Shown here: positions 51,495 through 62,550 of the stretch, in pieces | How the letters are laid out: each line of letters opens with the position of its first letter | How positions within the stretch are numbered: position 1 is the first letter of the stretch | Assembly: GCA_963662465.1 (NCBI GenBank) | Contig: OY759599.1 | Location: 5,920,001 to 5,984,000 of the forward strand | DNA length: 64,000 nt | Direction: 5' to 3' | Origin: Desulfatiglandales bacterium | GTDB taxonomy: Bacteria; Desulfobacterota; DSM-4660; Desulfatiglandales; Desulfatiglandaceae | Notes under the pieces: generated by a model | Seen by the model: the letters and a program-made list of their open reading frames with translations, nothing else | What the model was told of the DNA's origin: nothing | The model's database searches: none | Program-made: the position numbers and the translations under genes

Positions 51495-54287
51495 ATGAAA
51501 ACAGGCGACTGGGCATATTGCAGCCATCACAGGGAAAACTGTCGCATTGTTGCGATGGAACCGCTTTGGGGAAAGACGTACTTTCGCGTGTGGCTGTCAA
51601 ACAGCGATACAGTGGTTCGGGTCCCGGAAGAGCAGGTTATCTCATTATATGAGGCAGAAAGAGTCGGCCAATCCCATCTCACCTACATCGCATCGGCTGC
51701 GCGTGTCGCAAATGCCCTGGCCCGTGATACGATCCTTGCGCCCATGGAGGCCACCGTCATCCCGCTTCCCCATCAGATCAATGCCCTTAAAAAAGCCGTT
51801 TCCCGCAACCGGATTCGATACCTTTTAGCCGATGAAGTGGGCCTGGGTAAAACCATCGAAGCCGGTTTGATCCTGCGTGAACTCAAATTGAGGGGGCTCG
51901 TCAAACGGGTAATTGTTCTGGCTCCCAAGGGATTGGTCACCCAATGGGTGGCGGAGATGAAAACCCATTTCAATGAAGATTTCACACTTCTGATCCCTGG
52001 AGACTTTTCAGCAATCCGGCAGATCTTTAAATCGGATAATATCTGGATGGAACATCACCAGGTGGTCTGTCCTGTCGATTCCGTGAAACCCATGGAAAAA
52101 CGTAAAGGCTGGAGTCCAAACAGAATCGCCGAATATAATCGGGATCGCTTCGAGGATTTGATCACGGCAGGGTGGGATCTGGTGATCGTGGATGAAGCCC
52201 ATCGGCTGGGGGGCGCAACGGAACAGGTGGCCCGTTATAAATTGGGAAAATCTCTCTCCCTGGCCTCCCCTTACCTACTTTTGCTGACCGCAACCCCGCA
52301 CCAGGGCAAAACTGAGGCATTTCATCGTCTCATCAATCTTTTAGACGACAGGGCTTTCCCTGATACTGCCGGCATAAGCCGGGAGCGGATCACCCCCTAT
52401 GTGATTCGCACGGAAAAAAGACGGGCCATTGACGCAAAGGGTCTTCCCCTGTTTCAGGCCAGGGAAACCAAGCTTATCTCCATTGCATGGGAAGAACGGC
52501 ATGAAAAGCAGAAGCTTCTGTATGAACAGGTCACGGATTATGTGCGCCGCGGATACAACCAGGCGCTCAAAGAAAAAAAGGGGTATATCGGCTTTTTGAT
52601 GATATTGATGCAACGGCTGGTATCCTCCTCAACACGGGCCATCCGCACCACCTTGGAACGCCGTCTTGACGCGTTGACAACATCCCAGGACCAGATCCCG
52701 CTGAACCAGGCATCCCTCTTTGAAGATCTGGAGGATCTGGATGCACAGGAACAACTGGAAACCCTTTTCAACACTCGGATCAGAGCGCTTAAAAACGAAA
52801 AGGCGGAAGTGAAAGCCTTGCTGGAAGAAGCCAGAGCCACAGAGGCAGGGGGAACCGATGCCAAGGCAGAAGCCCTGCTCGAAAATATTTACGCGTTAAT
52901 GCAGAAAGAAGGGGACCCCCATCTCAAGATATTGATTTTCACCGAATTCATTCCCACCCAGGAAATGCTCACGGAATTTCTGGTGGAAAGGGGATTCCCC
53001 TCCACCAGGCTGAACGGATCTATGAGCTTTCAAGAGCGCCAACAAGCCCAAACGGCGTTTGCCGGCGACAAACAAATCCTGATTTCAACGGATGCAGGCG
53101 GTGAGGGGCTGAACCTTCAGTTCTGTCATGTGGTGGTCAACTATGATCTGCCGTGGAACCCCATGCGGATTGAGCAGCGAATCGGGAGGGTGGATCGCAT
53201 CGGCCAGACCCACCCAGTGAAGGCGCTCAATTTTATTTTTGAAGATACCGTTGAATTCCGTGTCCGGGAAGTCCTGGAGGAAAAACTGGAGACCATCCTG
53301 TTGGAATTCGGGGTAGATAAGGCCGGCGATGTTCTGGACTCGGTTCAGGCGGGTGCGCTTTTTGACGACCTGTATATGGATACCCTGATCGAACCGGATG
53401 ATTGGGAAACGAAAATCGAAACCGTCGTGGAACAGGTGCGTCGGTCCGCTTCGGACGTCAGGGAAAGCATGGCCCTGTTTTCCCCCGAAGATCCATTGGA
53501 CCCTTCAGCCGCTGAAAAACTATTGTCTCATCCATTGCCCTTCTGGGTGGAAAAGATGACCCTCAGTTATCTAAATGCCTGCGGCGGCAAGTGCGAAGAA
53601 AGCAGGGGAGATTCCATTAGAACATGGAACCTGACATGGCCTGATGGAGAGACCATGGAAGGGGTGTTTTTTGCTCTGCGGGAAAATATGGCGCACACAA
53701 AGGGAAGATACCTTTCCCTTGAAAACAGCAAAATCCGGGGGCTGAGCATGAACCTGCCCCGTTTTGTCCCCGGCCAACCGATTCCCTACGTGAGTCAGCC
53801 CGGACTTTCTCCGGATATCAGGGGATTCTGGTCTCTGTGGTCCATCTCGCTTGAGACCGCCAAATGGGACCAACGAAAGTTCCTGGCGCTTTTTGTTCAT
53901 GAAGACGGCCGCAATCTGATCCCCACGGCAAACTACCTCTGGGATCTGATGATATCCGAATCCCCAACAATGGTTACGCATCTGGAAGGAGATGAAGCTG
54001 CATCCGTGTTTCATCGACTGCGGACAATCGCTGAAGAAAACGGAAAGCCGCTGTTTGAGGAACTGGTTCGCAGACATCAGGATCGCATGGCCGAGGAAAG
54101 GGAAAAAGCGAAGTATTCTTTTGCATCGAGGAGAAAGCTGATCCATAAATTGGGTCTTCCGGAGGTGAGAGCCTATCGACATTCGAAACTTGAACTGGAA
54201 GCCAGGCAGTTTCATACTGAAATGGAAAAAAGGGAACAGGTTCAACCTGATCTCACCCCATTGATCATCGTGCATGTACAGGGATGA
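51495..54287 (+). CDS. brxHII: SNF2-family helicase of BREX-3
   Basis: LLADEVGLGKT, VDEAH, LTATPHQG, STDAGGEGLNLQ and EQRIGRVDRIGQ; lies between pglXI and pglZ. Confidence 0.88.
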   Translation: MKTGDWAYCSHHRENCRIVAMEPLWGKTYFRVWLSNSDTVVRVPEEQVISLYEAERVGQSHLTYIASAARVANALARDTILAPMEATVIPLPHQINALKKAVSRNRIRYLLADEVGLGKTIEAGLILRELKLRGLVKRVIVLAPKGLVTQWVAEMKTHFNEDFTLLIPGDFSAIRQIFKSDNIWMEHHQVVCPVDSVKPMEKRKGWSPNRIAEYNRDRFEDLITAGWDLVIVDEAHRLGGATEQVARYKLGKSLSLASPYLLLLTATPHQGKTEAFHRLINLLDDRAFPDTAGISRERITPYVIRTEKRRAIDAKGLPLFQARETKLISIAWEERHEKQKLLYEQVTDYVRRGYNQALKEKKGYIGFLMILMQRLVSSSTRAIRTTLERRLDALTTSQDQIPLNQASLFEDLEDLDAQEQLETLFNTRIRALKNEKAEVKALLEEARATEAGGTDAKAEALLENIYALMQKEGDPHLKILIFTEFIPTQEMLTEFLVERGFPSTRLNGSMSFQERQQAQTAFAGDKQILISTDAGGEGLNLQFCHVVVNYDLPWNPMRIEQRIGRVDRIGQTHPVKALNFIFEDTVEFRVREVLEEKLETILLEFGVDKAGDVLDSVQAGALFDDLYMDTLIEPDDWETKIETVVEQVRRSASDVRESMALFSPEDPLDPSAAEKLLSHPLPFWVEKMTLSYLNACGGKCEESRGDSIRTWNLTWPDGETMEGVFFALRENMAHTKGRYLSLENSKIRGLSMNLPRFVPGQPIPYVSQPGLSPDIRGFWSLWSISLETAKWDQRKFLALFVHEDGRNLIPTANYLWDLMISESPTMVTHLEGDEAASVFHRLRTIAEENGKPLFEELVRRHQDRMAEEREKAKYSFASRRKLIHKLGLPEVRAYRHSKLELEARQFHTEMEKREQVQPDLTPLIIVHVQG

Positions 54288-54989
54288 ACTCATGATGCCC
54301 GACTGGCGAGCAAAAATATTAGAGCATTTCACCCCCCAGATCTCCAAGCTGACCCTGGTGGCTGATCCGGACGGTATTCTGCTCGAAGAAGGCATTCTGG
54401 CCGGCATCAGGACCAGGGGGTTTGAGCTGCTGACCTTTGACGACCACATTGCCTTTCGTTACGCCTACGAATCAAAGTACCGCTCCAGATGGGATCAGGG
54501 GGAACTGACGGAACTGGTGGTGGTTCTCCGGTCCGAGTCCCATGAACTGGGCCGGCTCCCCTACGATATCTTTGAAGCAGGTCGAAAACTCTCTTTCACC
54601 TTGATGGACCTGTTCCTTCAACGCTAATCAAAACTGAACCAAGTTTGCTAATGGAAATTGAACCATTGGCTGTCACCGCCAGTGAGTACGGCCCTCAGGT
54701 ATAGCGGACGATGAGGGATCCATAAGTGGCGGCAAAGGAGTCGTTGATGTAGATTTACTTTTCAATAAATTTTTATAAAATCTATTTTCTTTGGATTTGG
54801 TTTTCTTCTTCCAAGACAGAGGCTTGGTTAAGTGGAAATGCGATTTACTTTGTAGAATGGATGGTGAAGGCCCGAAGTAGCCGCTTCGGGCCTTCTTTTT
54901 TGACCACCGGATAGAGCCGGAAGCCACACACACGCCAATTTTATATAAGTGTGTTTCCGGCCAATTGCAAGGCCGGAATGATGGGAGAT

Positions 54990-56910
54990 CAGGGTGAATT
55001 TATTCTTCCGAATTATCCAAATAAAATATAAAAGTTGCGCTACATTATGGACAGAAACCCTCGGATGGTGTATATACTGTGACAGGCACCAAACCAATTC
55101 GGGGTTTAAATTCTTGAACGTTAAGCAAGTCCGCATTCAAATAGTCCGCCCGCTTGAAGAACAACGCTTTCAGCATCTGATGCAGTCGCATCATTATTTG
55201 GGCGCTCTTCCCAAGATCAGCGAAACCCTCTGGTATACAGCTAGACTAAATAGTGAGTGGATTGCGCTTGTCAGTTTTTCTGCTCCCGCTTTGAAATGTA
55301 CACCAAGGGACAGCTGGATCGGATGGAATTTTCGCCATCAATACGATCGACTGAAACTGGTAACCAATAACAGTCGTTTTCTAATTTTGCCCGAATGGCA
55401 TATTCCGAATCTCGCATCCCGTATCCTTTCATTATGTCGGAAGCGAATGCAGGCTGATTGGCAGGAGCGTTTCGGGCATCCGGTTGTACTCCTGGAAACC
55501 TTTGTGGACCCAAAGCAATTCCACGGAACCGTATATCGAGCGTCTAATTGGATATATGTTGGTAAAACAAAGGGTTTTCATCGAACTCGCCAAGGCTACA
55601 GCGATAAAGCGGATTCACCGAAAATGGTTTTTCTTAAACCATTGGTTTCCAATGTTCAAGCACTGTTATCCCGACCTGTTCTCAAAAAACCATATCTTAC
55701 AGGAGGTTACAAAATCATGCTCAGTGCGGAACATATGAAATCTCTACCCGACTTTTTTGCTCAAATTCCCGACCCGCGTCGATCCCAGGGACGACGTCAC
55801 AGGCTCTCCACTGTTCTGGCCATTGCCACCGCCGCAACACTGTGCGGAATGCGCGGTTATCTGGCGATATCCGATTGGGTAAATGGTCTTGGACAAAAAG
55901 CCCTTGAGCGTTTCCGTTGCCGATATGAAAATAAGCGCTATGTAGCTCCCAGTCAGTCTACTATCCGTGATGTTCTGGTTCGCGTTGACCCCACAGAACT
56001 CGACAAAGCTCTCCAGCGTTGGAATCTGCTTTACGGTGAACAGGACGAAAGCTTGGCCATCGATGGAAAAACCATGTGTAATGCCATCGATGAACAAGGT
56101 TATCAGACTCACATCATGAGTGCTGTCGGCCATCAAACTAAGACCTGTTACACCCAAAAAAAGTCGGTTCTCTCCCTGTAGAAGGCAAAGACGAACTCAA
56201 GCGAACCAATGAAATCAAAACGGCTGCCCCTTTACTGGACGCGATCGATATCGAAGGCAAAGTCATTTCAGCTGACGCACTGCTAACCCAAAGGACTTTT
56301 GCTAAATATTTGGTCGAGCAACGCAACGCCCATTACCATTTCATCGCCAAAAACAACCAGCCCACATTACTTCAAGACATTTCCCTGTATTTTGAGGGCT
56401 GCAACGATCCTGATTTCATACAACACGATGCTCCCGATCATGGTCGCATCGAAGTGCGCAAAATATGGACGACTACCGAACTTAACCTATACCTGGATTT
56501 CCCGTATGTCGGCCAGGCTTTTATGATCCAGAGAGAAGTTACAAACAAGAAAACCGGTAAATGCACAGTTGAGGTTGCTTACGGCATAACGAGTCAATCA
56601 CCTGATCAGGCGAATCCCGAACGTGTACTTTCTATCAATCGCGGTCACTGGAGCATTGAAAACGAGTGCCATTACATCATCGACTGGAACTACGACGAAG
56701 ATCGAAGCCGAATAAGAACCGGCAATGGTCCTGAAAACATGACCAGGCTGCGTAGATTCGCGGTGGGCGTCATTAAGGCGAAAGGCGTTCGCAGTGTAGC
56801 CCAGAAAATGCGCCAGCTCACGCAGAACGTAAGGGGTGTCTTCGACTATCTCAAGATGACCAAAAATTCAGTGCCCCAAGCGTGATACCTGTTAGAACAA
56901 ATTTACCGTG
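54990..56910 (+). mobile_element. ISAs1-family element (1921 bp)
   Basis: 10-bp TSD GATGGGAGAT (54980-89, 56911-20); IRs CAGGGTGAATTTATTC and CACGGTAAATTTGTTC (13/16). Confidence 0.93.
55114..56885 (+). CDS. DUF4338-ISAs1 transposase fusion, probably made by -1 frameshifting at 56156-56163 (start uncertain)
   Basis: HHYLG..NNSRFLILP..NLASRIL..LLETFVD..YRASNW; then IPDPRR..RH.L, AIDGKT; the -1 frame gives TNEIKT..ISADALLTQ..AKNNQ..HGRIE.R..RGHWSIEN..EDRSR. Confidence 0.85.
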
Positions 56911-56911
56911 G

Positions 56912-57325
56912 ATGGGAGATGTCCTTTTAAGAGTGGTTCAATGCCGATGTTGTGGTTGCTTTTTTCACGTCTGTCGGTCGTGTTGGCGTGGCCAGGCCTA
57001 TTGTGGGGAACGATGTCGCAGGATACGCCAAAGACAGCTGCACCGGAAAGCTCAGGGGAAATACCGCAATTCGAAAAAAGGGAAAGAGCGCCGTCGTTTG
57101 TACGAAAAAACAAAAAAATCCAAAAAAAATGGACTGAACCCTGGTGATGATAGTTCAACACCTCAAAAAGACTGTGATATTGAACCCAAAAAGCGGTCGG
57201 GGAACCGACCCAGCTGTCTTTTTTGCGGGTCGATCGGGGTTGTTGTGGACCATTTTCCTCGCCGTGCTTATGCAGGGAGGGTTTTTTCAGATGTAACAGG
57301 CTTTGAGAAAACCCCATATCCATGA
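56912..57325 (+). CDS. Zn-finger-like orf1 of element A copy 2, separated from its leader by ISAs1
   Basis: Same protein as 30156-30569; the ATG lies inside the duplicated target site. Confidence 0.65.
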   Translation: MGDVLLRVVQCRCCGCFFHVCRSCWRGQAYCGERCRRIRQRQLHRKAQGKYRNSKKGKERRRLYEKTKKSKKNGLNPGDDSSTPQKDCDIEPKKRSGNRPSCLFCGSIGVVVDHFPRRAYAGRVFSDVTGFEKTPYP

Positions 57326-57337
57326 CAGGAGAAAAAA

Positions 57338-57757
57338 ATGATCAAAAAAAGAGTCCTTTTTCCCGAAAGAGTGCGTGTCATCAATGGAAGCTTCGGCTTT
57401 CTGGAGCATCGTTTTTTGAGAAACGGCTTTTGGGAGAGCCTGAATCATCATGAGCTGCTGCTCTACATTTTTCTGGTGTTGGTATCTGACAAAAACGGGC
57501 TCTCTTATTATGGTTACGACAGAATCTGCCGGATTTTAAAGGTGCATTTGGATCAATATATCGATGCCCGCGATGGCTTGTTGGACAAGGATCTGATTGG
57601 GTTTGATGGCCGTCTGTTTCAGGTTCTTTCGCTTCCCAGACGTCCTGTGATTGTGAAACAGGTAAAGGAGATCCGGCAAGGAAATTGGGTCAGTCTTGGA
57701 GAAACCATAGAGGAAATCTTTCGGGAGACTGGGTATGGAATCCATCCGAACCGTTGA
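57338..57757 (+). CDS. wHTH-like orf2 of element A copy 2
   Basis: Same protein as 30582-31001. Confidence 0.65.
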   Translation: MIKKRVLFPERVRVINGSFGFLEHRFLRNGFWESLNHHELLLYIFLVLVSDKNGLSYYGYDRICRILKVHLDQYIDARDGLLDKDLIGFDGRLFQVLSLPRRPVIVKQVKEIRQGNWVSLGETIEEIFRETGYGIHPNR

Positions 57758-58619
57758 TATTCATTTGCTGGAGTTGCGTTACGCTCATTGCCGGATAATG
57801 AATCACCAGGCTTTAAAGCGATTGAGGGATTCCATCGAAACTTACGGGCAGATCGTTCCGGCCCTGGCTATTGAAGAAAAAGACAAACTGATTCTGATTG
57901 ATGGCTACCTGCGTGTTCGAGCGCTTTGTGCTTGTGGAAAGGACCGGATATGTGTCCAATTCTCAAAAGAAAACGAACAAAATGCCATGTTTTCGCTTTT
58001 AACCAAGGCCAATGAACGGCAATGGGAAGTCATTGAGCAGTCTGTTTTACTTCAGGAATTACATCGGCGTTTTGGGTGCAGCCTCTCCCATATTGCAACC
58101 CGAATAGGGCGCGACAAGAGTTTTGTAAAACGGCGGCTGGACCTGGTTGAAGCCCTGCCGGAAAATATTTTGAGAACCGTGATTGCAGGCTCACTTTCAA
58201 CCTGGGCTGCCAGCCGTGTCATGGCGCCGTTGGCGCGCGCCAACGGTGAAGACGCACAAAAACTGTTGGCCCACCTGGAAAAAGAACCTCTATCCACAAG
58301 GGAACTGGCCCGTTTCTACGCACATTACCAGAAAAGCAACCGGTCTGTTCGAGACCACATGCTGGAAAATCCATCCCTTTTCATAAAAGTTCTCGAACAA
58401 AGAACCCAGTCTAAACAAGCCAAAGAAGTTCATGATGGACCGGAAGGCAAATGGTTCAAGGATATTGAAATGGCATATGCGGTTCTCAAACGTCTGGTGA
58501 AAACCGTTTCGCATGTCCATTACCCAAAAAGCGATCAGTTGAAGAAACAAACGCTCAAAACCTGGGTGAAAAAGATAGAAAAACAAGCACTGGAACTCAA
58601 GAAAGCGACCCAATTATGA
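57735..58619 (+). CDS. ParB-like orf3 of element A copy 2
   Basis: Same protein as 30979-31863. Confidence 0.85.
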   Translation: MESIRTVDIHLLELRYAHCRIMNHQALKRLRDSIETYGQIVPALAIEEKDKLILIDGYLRVRALCACGKDRICVQFSKENEQNAMFSLLTKANERQWEVIEQSVLLQELHRRFGCSLSHIATRIGRDKSFVKRRLDLVEALPENILRTVIAGSLSTWAASRVMAPLARANGEDAQKLLAHLEKEPLSTRELARFYAHYQKSNRSVRDHMLENPSLFIKVLEQRTQSKQAKEVHDGPEGKWFKDIEMAYAVLKRLVKTVSHVHYPKSDQLKKQTLKTWVKKIEKQALELKKATQL

Positions 58620-59998
58620 TCCGACAATCCAAAAAAGATGCCATTGTGGAATTGAAAAAAACCGGCATGAGTTTGCGCGACATCGCCAAAACCCTGAAGG
58701 CCGGTCGCAATACCGTCACGAAGGTTTTAGATGATCATGACGAAGAGGCGGTACCCCAAAGGAACTCCCGGTATGAAGAACATGTCCCATTGATCCGCGA
58801 GCTTTTCAAGGAATGTAAAGGAAATGCCGTGCGAGTAGCCGAGGAACTGGAAAGCCGCCAACAGATCAAAATCCCTTATCAGAGTCTGACCTGGATTATG
58901 AGAAAGTACGAGATCCGGGAACGTAAAAAAAGACGGGCGGGCCAATACCATTTTAAACCCGGTCAGGAGATGCAGCATGATACGTCACCCCATCTGGTTG
59001 TCATTAATGGGAAAAAAATGTCGACCCAGTGCGCGTCCCTGACCCTGGCCTTTTGCCGAAGGATTTTTATTCAGTATTACCCCTGTTTTACCCGGTTTGA
59101 GTGCAAGGTTTTCCTAAAAAAAGCATTCGAGTTTATGGACGGGGTGTGTTCCCGGTGCATGGTTGACAACACCAATGTTATTGTGGCCGGCGGCACCGGG
59201 CCTGATGCATTGATTGCGCCTGAAATGAAATACTTCGGCGATATGTATGGAACCCGGTTTGAGGCCCATGCTGTAGGAGACGCCAATCGAAGTGCCCGTG
59301 TGGAAAGGCCTTTTCATTTTGTGGAAAACAATTTTCTTCCCGGTAGAACATTTGTTAGCTGGCAGGATTTGAACCGGCAGGCAATCGACTGGTGCCGGAA
59401 TACAAGCGATAAAAAGTTTAAACGGGCTTTAGGGATGACGCCGGATGAGGCCTATGTCATTGAAAAGCCATATCTCATTGATTTACCGGCATACCAGCCG
59501 CCAGTCTATGTGGCAGAACACAGGGTAGCCGATGTTCAGGGATATGTGCACTTGGACACCAACCGCTATTCAGTCCCTGAAGCGCTGATTGGGAACTCCC
59601 TGGAAGTACAGAAACATTGGCTCAAGGTCATCGTTTACGACAAAAACACAAAAGTGGCGGAACATGACCGCATACTGGATAAACGCAACACCCGAACAAC
59701 CCTGCCCGGTCACCATGTTCCCATTCGAAGAAAAAAAGATCCCCGAATCCCTTCAAAAGAAGAACAGCTGTTGACGGGAGAGGATGCCATCCTGGATGAG
59801 TATGTGGCTGAACTGAAGAAAAGAAGTCACGGTCGCGGTGTGGTCAAGTTACGTCGGTTGCTTCATCTGAAACGCACTTATCCCGGGGAACCTTTTTTGA
59901 AAGCCATAACACAGGCGCTTAAATATGGACTTTTTGATTTGTCGCGTCTGGAAAACATTATTCTCGATTATATCGCGGGAGACTTTTTTGATCTATGA
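58616..59998 (+). CDS. istA: IS21 transposase, copy 2
   Basis: Same protein as 31860-33242. Confidence 0.93.
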   Translation: MIRQSKKDAIVELKKTGMSLRDIAKTLKAGRNTVTKVLDDHDEEAVPQRNSRYEEHVPLIRELFKECKGNAVRVAEELESRQQIKIPYQSLTWIMRKYEIRERKKRRAGQYHFKPGQEMQHDTSPHLVVINGKKMSTQCASLTLAFCRRIFIQYYPCFTRFECKVFLKKAFEFMDGVCSRCMVDNTNVIVAGGTGPDALIAPEMKYFGDMYGTRFEAHAVGDANRSARVERPFHFVENNFLPGRTFVSWQDLNRQAIDWCRNTSDKKFKRALGMTPDEAYVIEKPYLIDLPAYQPPVYVAEHRVADVQGYVHLDTNRYSVPEALIGNSLEVQKHWLKVIVYDKNTKVAEHDRILDKRNTRTTLPGHHVPIRRKKDPRIPSKEEQLLTGEDAILDEYVAELKKRSHGRGVVKLRRLLHLKRTYPGEPFLKAITQALKYGLFDLSRLENIILDYIAGDFFDL

Positions 59999-60714
59999 AA
60001 AAGAAAATTGAACAGTTACTCATTGATTTGAAGTTTAAAGGCATGCTGAAGGCTCTCGAAGAACAGTTGGCTTCGGCTGAAAAGAACGGTTTTTCCATTC
60101 ACGAGGTCATCTACAATCTCCTGGCTGAGGAATTACGTTTCCGGCAGGAGCGCAGCATGATCTATCGGGTCCAGATTGCAAAGCTTCCATGGGAATGGAC
60201 CCTCAACTCCTTTCCGTTTGATCTTCAGCCGGGAATACAGAAGAGCCGGATCATGACGTTGTCCGGCCTTGACTTTATCAGCCGAAGAGAAAACATCGTG
60301 TTCCATGGAAAAACCGGCGTCGGCAAAACGGGATTGGCCGTGGGGATCCTTCGTCAAGCCATTATTGCCGGGTACCGGGGGCGTTTTTATAATGTTCAGG
60401 ATTTGCTGGATCAGCTCTATGCGTCTTTGGCAGATCGGTCCACCCCGAAACTCCTCAATGCCCTTTGCAGATATGACCTGCTTCTGCTCGATGAACTGGG
60501 ATACCTGACCCTCAAAAAAGAGCAGATGAACGCCTTTTTTAAACTCATGAAAGATCGCTATGAAGCCGGTCGGTCCACAATTATTACGACCAATCTTCAA
60601 CCTGAACAATGGTATTCGCTGCTTGAACCAAAGGACATGGTCGATGCCTTGCTGGATCGTCCCAACCATCGCTGCATCAACATTCATATTGATGGTCCTT
60701 CCCTCAGAAAATGA
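59995..60714 (+). CDS. istB: IS21 helper ATPase, copy 2 (DRL to DRP substitution)
   Basis: Same as 33239-33958 except CTC to CCC at 60661-63. Confidence 0.93.
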   Translation: MKKKIEQLLIDLKFKGMLKALEEQLASAEKNGFSIHEVIYNLLAEELRFRQERSMIYRVQIAKLPWEWTLNSFPFDLQPGIQKSRIMTLSGLDFISRRENIVFHGKTGVGKTGLAVGILRQAIIAGYRGRFYNVQDLLDQLYASLADRSTPKLLNALCRYDLLLLDELGYLTLKKEQMNAFFKLMKDRYEAGRSTIITTNLQPEQWYSLLEPKDMVDALLDRPNHRCINIHIDGPSLRK

Positions 60715-60812
60715 GATGTTCGCCAAAGGGCCGGTTTTGAGGTCTGAATATCACCGGTCTGTTTGAATCTCGTTACACGAATATCAGAAATTACCTTGTC
60801 TTGGAGCTTGAA

Positions 60813-61010
60813 ATGAGAGGTGGAAAACGGGTAGGCGCCGGCCGAAGAAAGAAACCGGAACATTTGAGACGTGAACTGCTCACCATTCGTCTCCCCAAAT
60901 GGATGATTCTACAGCTGAAAAAAAACGGGGAAATTGGATATTTGATTGAGGATCAATTGGCGAAGGGAGGCCTCCTGAATTTACCGGACGACTATGACAT
61001 AGACAAATAG
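60813..61010 (+). CDS. Small AT-hook/RHH-like protein, copy 2
   Basis: Same protein as 34057-34254. Confidence 0.75.
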   Translation: MRGGKRVGAGRRKKPEHLRRELLTIRLPKWMILQLKKNGEIGYLIEDQLAKGGLLNLPDDYDIDK

Positions 61011-62550
61011 TTCCTCAATAAGCATTGCCCTTAACCGAAAAATCTAATCCCCTCTTCTCTGCCATCACCATATTGATGGTATCCTCATCACTGATTCTTC
61101 AACCAGAACGCTACGTGTCTCACCAGCATTTTTAAAATACCATCTGATATACTCTTTCATGCAACCTCTAACAAATTTACAAGAAAACCCTTCTAAAAGG
61201 AAAAGACCAGTGCGCAATATCTGGTTCCGTTTGGAGTAGCAAAACTGGTTCCATTTTGGTTAGCGCCCAAGCCTGTTCTCCAATCTGAGCTATCCGATCC
61301 TGCGTTCTCTCGATATGAGCTGCCTCGATGCGCTCCATGACGCCCTGCAGAAATTTCCCCAACCTAACCTGGCTGACAAAGGGACCTGTGATTTCATCCT
61401 GCGCCATGTGTTTTATATGGCCCCTGAGATCCTCAATACCCCTTCCGAGCTGCTTCATGTCCTTTTGAAAAAGCATTATCAGCGATTGTTGATTCCCCGT
61501 TGTCTGGAGGAGCGATTCATTGAAGTCTTGTCTTTGAATGGAGACTTTCAGGATTGGCCATTGGAAGACATCATCCCGAACCGGGATCTGTTTTTCTCTT
61601 TCCTCCAGGAACGGTGGCCGGTCTATCTGGAGAGCCTCCAAATTCCGGAAGCCGAACGGATCAAAATGCCGATGGAAGCCTATGGTTTGCGTTTAGGAGG
61701 ACCCGCGCATCTTCCCTTCGGCCATGACGACATCCGCATCTATATGGACAATCTGTTCCTGGAAGGGATGCTGAAACCGGTGGAACTCTCAGGGGCTGAA
61801 AAACCGGCACAGCAATGGGTTTCGGTGGGAATCGTCATCAACGAAGCGCAGCGGAAAAGGGAGCAGGCGCAAAAGTTGGTCCGTTTGGTGGAAGCATCCG
61901 TCCCGAACGAGGAATCTTTCCACCAGGAATGGGTTTCATTTTCGCTGAAGTGGGCCAGCCTCGAAACGGCAATAGCAGCAGCCGACAATGCTGTCATAGA
62001 GAAGTTTTCAGAGGATGTAGCCCATTTGCAGACAACCGTGGACAAGACGTTTTCGGCCTGGCTTTTCAACCGATACGCAGGTCTTTACAATCAGCCGCCC
62101 AATCCGCCGGTGATGCTCCACCATATCCCCGGGTTTCTGTCCAATCAGCTGAATCAAACACCTCAAAAGCGCATTGCCTTTATTCTCATCGACGGGTTGT
62201 CCTTGGGACAGTGGTTTGTGCTGAAAGATGTGCTTAGGTGCAGGATTCGTGATATCCAGTTTAATGAGAATGGCGTATTTGCCTGGATCCCGACCATTAC
62301 AACGCTTTCAAGGCAGGCCGCTTTTTCAGGGAAAATCCCTATGTATTTGAGCAACAGCATCCATACTACGGACAAGGAATCGAAGCTGTGGGAACAGTTC
62401 TGGCTGAATCACGGTTTAATAACAAATCAGACAGGTTTTCTGAAAAATCTGGGAGCCGATGCATCATTTGTGCGGATTGAAGAACTCATGGACAGACCGC
62501 ATATAAGAGTCGCCGGCTTGGTGATTAATACAGTGGACAACATTATGCAC

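Larger units (their letters stand above)
46864..51498 (+). pseudogene. pglXI: BREX-3 DNA methyltransferase PglXI with a frameshift (~48228) and an IS insertion
   Basis: VLDGFCGSGMTG SAM motif; FSQ[V]NQYMTGVYY needs one extra G; removing 48418-50224 restores SIDYIFTDPPFGENIYY. Confidence 0.88.
54616..61271 (+). mobile_element. IS21-family element A, copy 2, with a nested ISAs1 element
   Basis: 7-bp TSD CCTGTTC (54609-15, 61272-78); same ends as copy 1; 6656 bp = 4725 + 1931. Confidence 0.95.

Noticed and set aside
55114..55730. DUF4338 as a Druantia defence system
   Set aside because: It is fused to a transposase within IS ends, and no DruE-like or other dru genes are adjacent.
29791..61271. 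Composite transposon formed by the two element A copies carrying BREX
   Set aside because: Each copy has its own matched TSD (CCCACCG; CCTGTTC) and interrupts a different gene, so the insertions are independent.
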